Assembly (NCBI GenBank): GCA_965153285.1
Contig: OZ229114.1
Strand: one strand, 5' to 3'
DNA: 64,000 nucleotides
Source: Podarcis tiliguerta
Lineage: Eukaryota
Positions 58,015 through 64,000 of the stretch are shown piece after piece. The notes under the pieces were generated by a model that worked only from the letters and a program-made list of their open reading frames with translations, searched no databases and was not told the DNA's origin. The position numbers and the translations under genes were made by a program. Every line of letters begins with the position of its first letter. Positions within the stretch are counted from its first letter, which is position 1.

Positions 58015-59951
58015 TGCTAAACCCTCTCTCCCTCATTTTGATCTGAAATAAACCTGAATTTGCTCCTACCATTGGATCAAAAGTCTTGGGAAACTTTTTG
58101 CCATTTCCCCCCCTGTGTTGATCATTAACTTTACTGTAAGATTTTGAAAGACTTTAAAAAGATTTAGACAAGAGTCTTCCAGAACACGATACATTCAAAT
58201 ACTTCAATATCCTGGATATCTCCTTGAGCCCTTGGCTCTGAGCTTAAAGTTACTGTTGCTAATTAATTCTGCTTATGAATGAGCAGAGCAGAATATCTAA
58301 ATGTCTGGCTGGCCTTATACTCCACTGAGAATCAAACCTGTCTCTTTATAATGAGTATTTCTTGCACATACAGATGAAAACCAATAAATCTGGGTTTGGG
58401 TCCTGTTGATTTTATATCCTGATACTATTTATAATTTCTGAAGAATAGACTTAACTGGAATGGGAGTGAGCAAAAACAACATAACGGCTCATCAAATTGG
58501 GTTTGGTTGTTAAGTTTGTTTAACTGAACATGTAGCTTTGATTCTAATGACTCCGAGCTTCCAAATCTTAAATGTATTTTGAAACACTTTTAAAAATTCA
58601 GACATATTTACTATCTGTCATATTGTGATTTTATGTTTTGAACCGTCCTGAGATCTATGGGTTTAGAGCAGTATACAATTTAATTTTTTAAAATATATAT
58701 ATATATGTACCATCCAGACACGCCCCCAAGAGCTGGAATTGGTTGCCAGTTCCTTCCATGTTTCCACATGGTGGCAAACAGTGTTTCCTGTCATCTAACG
58801 TGAAAGGTGTCACTTTAATAAGAAGCTCTAGACCATGGCTGGGAACACGTAAGCTTAATCAGACTAAAACTGTGGGGTTTTAATGAGAGCTGTCTTTTCG
58901 GAGACGTTCTCTGCTGATGGCATTTTTGTAAATAATCTGCGCACTTGACATATCTTGAGTTAGGAAGTGCGTTAGAGCCAAGCTACACATGACCTTAAAT
59001 GCATCTTTGCTTTTAACAGCGCCGCTTTTAATAAATGCAAATAGCATTAGCCAAAGAGGGGCGGGGGATAATTATCACAGCATGGGATGTGATTAAACCC
59101 TTTCCTCCCCTGCTTTGGCCTTGAGTAAGATCCATCTTCTGAAGCTGGAATTTGTACTGGGAAGAAATCCCCCCTTCCTGATCCATGCCTGCTGTGGTTC
59201 CAAAAGTTAGCAGCCCTCTCATCACAGCAGATGCTCTTTGCATTTTTCAAAAACCTGAAAGTTGTATACAAAGACATATTAATAACCCGTGTAGATTGGC
59301 CCTATGTGCTTAAAGAGGGACAACAGATAGGATTTCCTCAGCAAAAAATGCCTTCTGCTTCTAGGCATGTACCTCCTATCTTTTATTATTTTGACCAGGG
59401 AAGACTTCTGTTTATAACCGTGTAAAATTACCCAACTATCACCTTTATTGAAATATTATGATCATGTTAATTTTAATTTTAATTACCATCAAGCAATTAA
59501 TTATAGTTAATGGGCTAAAGGAAGCTGTACTTTCTGAGAACCCTATTCTATCCATTTGTGTAATCCACAGAAATGCCTGATGCTGCCTGGAATCCCAATG
59601 CATTCTTAAAGGTCACTGCCTCCCTGCCACTAGCTGGCAGATTTGGGCTGCATGAAGTCAGGTTCTGCTCAGTTCTCCTTCTTGTTTTCAGTACGTTGGA
59701 GGCAGACACAGATCCTGTGCTGAAATTTGAGGAGGATTGTCTAAAAGCGAGCAGAGGCAAGAGAACGCCCTCTGCTTTTGAAAAACATTTTAGATCCTCA
59801 TTCTGCCTCAAACTCTGTCCCTTGAGAGAAGGTTCTAGGGCAGATAATTACCCCTTTTTCCAGTGCTTGCTTCCACAATAGATTGTGCCCAGCAGCAGAG
59901 AATAGCAACTGGCCTCTTCCACCCAAGACCTCTAATCTCTGATTCTGTGAC

Positions 59952-60140
59952 TGCAATCCTGTGCATGCATTCTTGGGGAATATGCCCCATTGAACTCTGC
60001 AGGACTTAGAACCATAGAATTGCAGAGTTGGAATGGGCTCCATCTAGTCCAGCCCCCTGTGATGCAGAAATCTCAAGTAAAGTATCCATGACAGAGGCCA
60101 TTCAACATCTTCTTGCTTCTGAGTAAACATGCATAGGAGC
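59952..60140. mobile_element. Palindromic repeat interrupted by a CR1 3' tip (~60006-60112, - strand)
   Basis: GCAATCCTGTGCATGC...GGACTTA | AGAACCATAGAATTGCAGAGTTGGAA...CATCTAGTCCAGCCCCCTG... | CTTCTGAGTAAACATGCATAGGA. Confidence 0.6.
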
Positions 60141-62021
60141 AGACAGTGCATTTCCGGGGATATTAATATGATCACGAAATGTGGATTAGCGAGCACCTTT
60201 TTTTCACTTAGTCTAAGGGTTTAAAGAGTGGCAGAAGTGGGAGTTTTCCTGGCTGTTCCAAATAGTATTGAGAAGATGGATCTGCACAAGGAAGAATGGG
60301 CTTGGTTAGCAAATCTCGAAAGGAAAACAGTCAGAGGCACAAATCTAGGAGAGCCAGACTGATTGTAGAAACGTATGCTGAAGAATCTTTTAAAAAATCC
60401 TTTTAACAGTACACTGTTCCTTCACAGCCACGGATGTGTGAATGAACCCTTTCAAAACGGACACAGACTCTTTCGCCTGTCCCTCTTTAGGAAGGGGGCC
60501 AGAAATAGTTTGTCAGTGGAATGATATCAGGGTGGCATCGTTACCCCAATGCACAGGTTTCTGGATGCTGCAGCAGGCTATAGACCCGCCATTGCTTGCA
60601 AGTATCTCTGCACATTCATCTGTGGAGCAGGCAGGTTGGGGGCTCCAGAAATTAGCTTGATTTTCTATCAAAAAGAATCTTGGGAAGCATTACTTTACTG
60701 TCCCCTGCTTGTTTGCTTGGCCTCACATGTCTCTGTGTAGCCTCTGAGGGTCCTGTGTTGCACAGAGTCACATGCAGGACTTTCTAGGGCTGCCCTCAGC
60801 CACCTGATTAAATTTGGGCATCAATAGATTTGAAGTATACGCATGACTGAGCAGCCTCCTCGCCTGATGCGAAGCAGCGGCAAGGAGACGCTGAGAGCTG
60901 GGAGGTCAGTGGAAATTACTTTCACTACCTCCACACTATCGGCAGCTGTGGCAAATTTGCAAATAAATGGTTGGTTTTTCTTTACCCCCAGCGGAAGACT
61001 TGGAGGATTTGGGGTGGGGCCCCCCGGGGGCTCGAATGTCTCTTTGCAGCAAGACCTATCATTCTGTTTCCACCAGAGCTTCTCTTTTAACTGGATTAGG
61101 CGAATGAGCTGCTATTTGGATAATCGCTTTGCTTCCCTTTAGATTAAATTTTTTAAAATTACATCGTGCAGGGGAATTAAAACAAAAACAAAAACCCTAA
61201 CCTTAGGTACGTTTGCAAAGCAGTAATCCCAGCAGCCTTATGACTGGCGGGACCCAGCATTTCCTCTGCTCCGCAAACTGCTCTCACTCCTTCCCCTCTC
61301 CCCCGCCTCCAACCAGCCTCGCATGTCAATTTGCCGCTGCCTCTGACACCGCTGAGAAGTTGCCGGGAGAGAGTGCTGCTAATTCCCTATTCAAGCCAAC
61401 TTGCTCGCTCTTAATTTTCTCCAATGAAATGTCAATGAATTTTAAATGCTGTGAGTTCTGGTGACGGCAGACAGAGTTCCCCTGAGAGGGGAGCGAGCTC
61501 TCGCTCACAACAAGCCTGCTGCAGCAGTAAAAGCAAAGGAAACTGCCAGTCCAGCCCAAGGGGGGCTGCAAACCCCAGCACTGTCTGCCAGTTGAGGGCA
61601 CTTGAGCATGCAGAATGGAGGTCTTCCAGCAGAGGGCAGCCCAGACAAGGGCTGGTTGGAAGCCAGTCTGAAAGTGTACGTGTGCCTTTGGAAAGAGAGC
61701 AGATTGTGCCGTTGACAACTCAAGAACAGCTTGCCTATACTGTAGAGGCCAGTGGCACTGAGAGAAGTCCCTGTGGGTCACTTCAGATGCTCTTCATGTC
61801 CTATATCTGTGTAATGGACAGGATCTTTAAAAAGGCACATGTAGGCGATCTGTCTCACTGTATGCATATACTTGGTACATACAGTGAAATGGACACGTTA
61901 TAATGATTACAGTACATTGGAAATGATTACATGAAAGCAGCTTGCACAGGAAAGGCAGCTTTAGAAGTGTGCCTTCGATTGGAAGAGCTGCTGTGATGTC
62001 ACGGAAGGGCACCAGAATTTG

Positions 62022-62540
62022 TAGGTTAGGTTACTGCAACGTGTTATACGTGGGGCTGCCTCTGAAGACGGTTCAGAAACTCCAGCGGGTGCAGAATTCA
62101 GCAGCCAGGCTGCTCACTGGGACAAGACTGTTTGAGCATATTACACTGATCCTGGCCTGACTGCACTACCTGCCAATTAGTTTGCAGGCTGGTTTTGACC
62201 TATAAAGCCTTAAATGGCTCAGGACTGCAATACCTCAAGGACTGCCCCTCCCCGTATGAATCGACCCAAACCCTGTGATCATCATCTGAAGCTCTTCCTT
62301 TGCAAGAGGTCTGGAGGGTGTCAACACAAGAATGGGCCTATTCTGCAATGGGTTCCAGCTTGTGGAATGCTCTCTCCAAGGAAGCTCACCTGGTGTCTTC
62401 ATTACATATCTTCAGGCTCTAGGCAAAAATATTCCTCTTCAACCATTTGGCTGATTAACATTCTACAGCCTTTTGGGGGGCGGGTTATTGGTTTGTTTGA
62501 TCTTCAGATGAAGGGCAGTATACAAATCTAATAAATAATG
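62022..62540 (+). mobile_element. L2-clade LINE 3' fragment, decayed
   Basis: RLGYCNVLYVGLPLKTVQKLQRVQNSAARLLTG...HIT..L..LH.LP motif, then a 3' end GAAGGGCAGTATACAAATCTAATAAATAAT. Confidence 0.85.
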
Positions 62541-64000
62541 AAACTAGAAGGAAGCCAATGAATGGGAGCAGCGAGGGGAACTGGGTCTGATGTCTGCTTT
62601 TCATAGTTACCTAAGGCAAGGCAGAACCGTGTTGGCATGGAGCCATCCTCGTGTGACATAGCAGTGGTCCTACACACAGAGGCTGCTGCAAACTGCCTGC
62701 GTGATAAAGGTAACATGTAGCCTAGCAACTGCCTAGCCCTCAGTTTTGCTCCTCGGAAATCTTCTTTTTGCTATTTGCCGTCTAAATAATGGCTGCTCCC
62801 CCCACACTTCTGTCCAAAGGCCCACCCCACAGCTTTTGACAAATGCATCATCTGACTTGTCTGCTGTCAGAAGAACCTGCAATTTGCAGAACACGACAGT
62901 GGTTCCTGTAAATGGAAATTCAGCTAATGGCAAATGAATCAGGAATACTTCTGATGTTCCTGAATGGAACAGAAATGCTTAACATGCTCCTTGGTTGTTT
63001 CTGGTGGTCATGTGGGAACACCTGTGTTCTGCCGTGTGTCTCCACAAGGACTCCTATGTTAGGAATCACTAAGGGAACCAATGGGAACTAGGTGGACAGG
63101 TGGGGTGGGTATTTGCTGGTGTGTGGGTGTCATAGATGGGAAGGGAAGGATAAACCTCCCCTCTGCGTGTGCTAAAATTCTGATAACAATCCCACCCACC
63201 ATGTGCTGCTATTAATTTAAGAAAAAAGGAAAGGTGTAGCTGTCTGAAGTGTAATGTGGCTTGATGTTTTAAAGGTCCCCTCCAGAGCTCCTTTTGATTC
63301 CATGTTCATGATGATATGTGCTCAGGGTGGTCATGTATGATACTGCTTTCAGTTTGGGGAGGCAAAGGTTTGGGGATGATCATACTGCTTATTTCCCTGT
63401 ACCTTCCTACTGAAACCCCACAACTTTTCATGCCACAAATGTTCTGGGGTTTATTGGGGGTTTTTTGGTCCTGCTTTTGTTTCACTGGAAGAATTGGGGA
63501 GCCATCGCAAAACAAATAAAAGTAGAATAAATGTACTTTTGACGTTGTTATTGCCCAGTGCACCTGCAATAAAACACTAGTTTGGGGGGTCCCAAGACGC
63601 CTAAATCAGGCATGTCTTCCTAGAGACTGTGAAGGCATCCTCCGCCCCTTTGACCTGTTTGTCATGGGCAGTAGGAAACTGACTACATCTACATGGCCTG
63701 TGACCCAAGGGGATTGATGTGTGGCTTCAGCCCCCAGAACGATGCCTCTGTTTTATTTCCACCCTTAGGCAGCTGCCTGTTTCAAAATGGTAGAAAACCT
63801 GGAAATAAATAATTTAATGGTGGGGGTGGTGTTGGGGGGGGACTGAGAAAGTCGCTTGCTTGGAAAAGGGAGTTGCCAGGTAAGTTGTTCCTTCCCAGCA
63901 TGGGGAGACCAGCAGGAAGACGAGGAAATTCCTGCGAGAAAAGGGCAAAGCTTCCGCTGGAAGTAGTGATAGCCACCACCTAGGACGGCTTTAAAAGAAG

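Noticed and set aside
59680-59800. Strong-looking acceptor (TTCTCCTTCTTGTTTTCAG) followed by an open frame
   Set aside because: The peptide does not resemble KChIP2 exon 2 and no clear donor follows; unsupported without RNA data.
60843-60910. ATG...GAG|GTCAGT as an alternative KCNIP2 first exon
   Set aside because: 62 nt gives phase 2, whereas the known first exon is phase 1. No similarity to known KChIP N-termini.
1-64000. Prokaryote-type systems (CRISPR arrays, operons, retrons, defence islands)
   Set aside because: The sequence is intron-rich vertebrate DNA. There are no regularly spaced repeat-spacer arrays, and the only intact RT belongs to a LINE.

Overview
Vertebrate genomic DNA, almost certainly squamate and probably a lacertid lizard (Sauria SINEs, squamate-type CR1/L2/RTE remnants and MITEs). 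On the + strand the window holds the last long intron, the final two coding exons and the 3' UTR of ARMH3 (C10orf76). About 25 kb of intergenic DNA follows, then a CpG-island promoter and the first coding exon of KCNIP2 (KChIP2), whose intron 1 runs off the end of the window. ARMH3 followed by KCNIP2 on the same strand matches the human gene order. The standout accessory element is a young, CpG-rich Rex1/Babar-type non-LTR retrotransposon at about 21.2-24.14 kb. It has an unbroken APE-endonuclease + reverse-transcriptase ORF and a (TCTAT)n tail, and lies in sense orientation a few kb downstream of ARMH3. Almost all other ORFs in the track are spurious. I found no convincing wholly new biological system. 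The best leads are the intact Rex1-like LINE (possible recent activity or horizontal transfer), an inverted E-box pair and an RE1-like site at KCNIP2, an atypical internal RTE fragment flanked by direct repeats, and several repeat-free blocks that look like conserved enhancers. All family assignments are from memory of consensus motifs, not from database searches.
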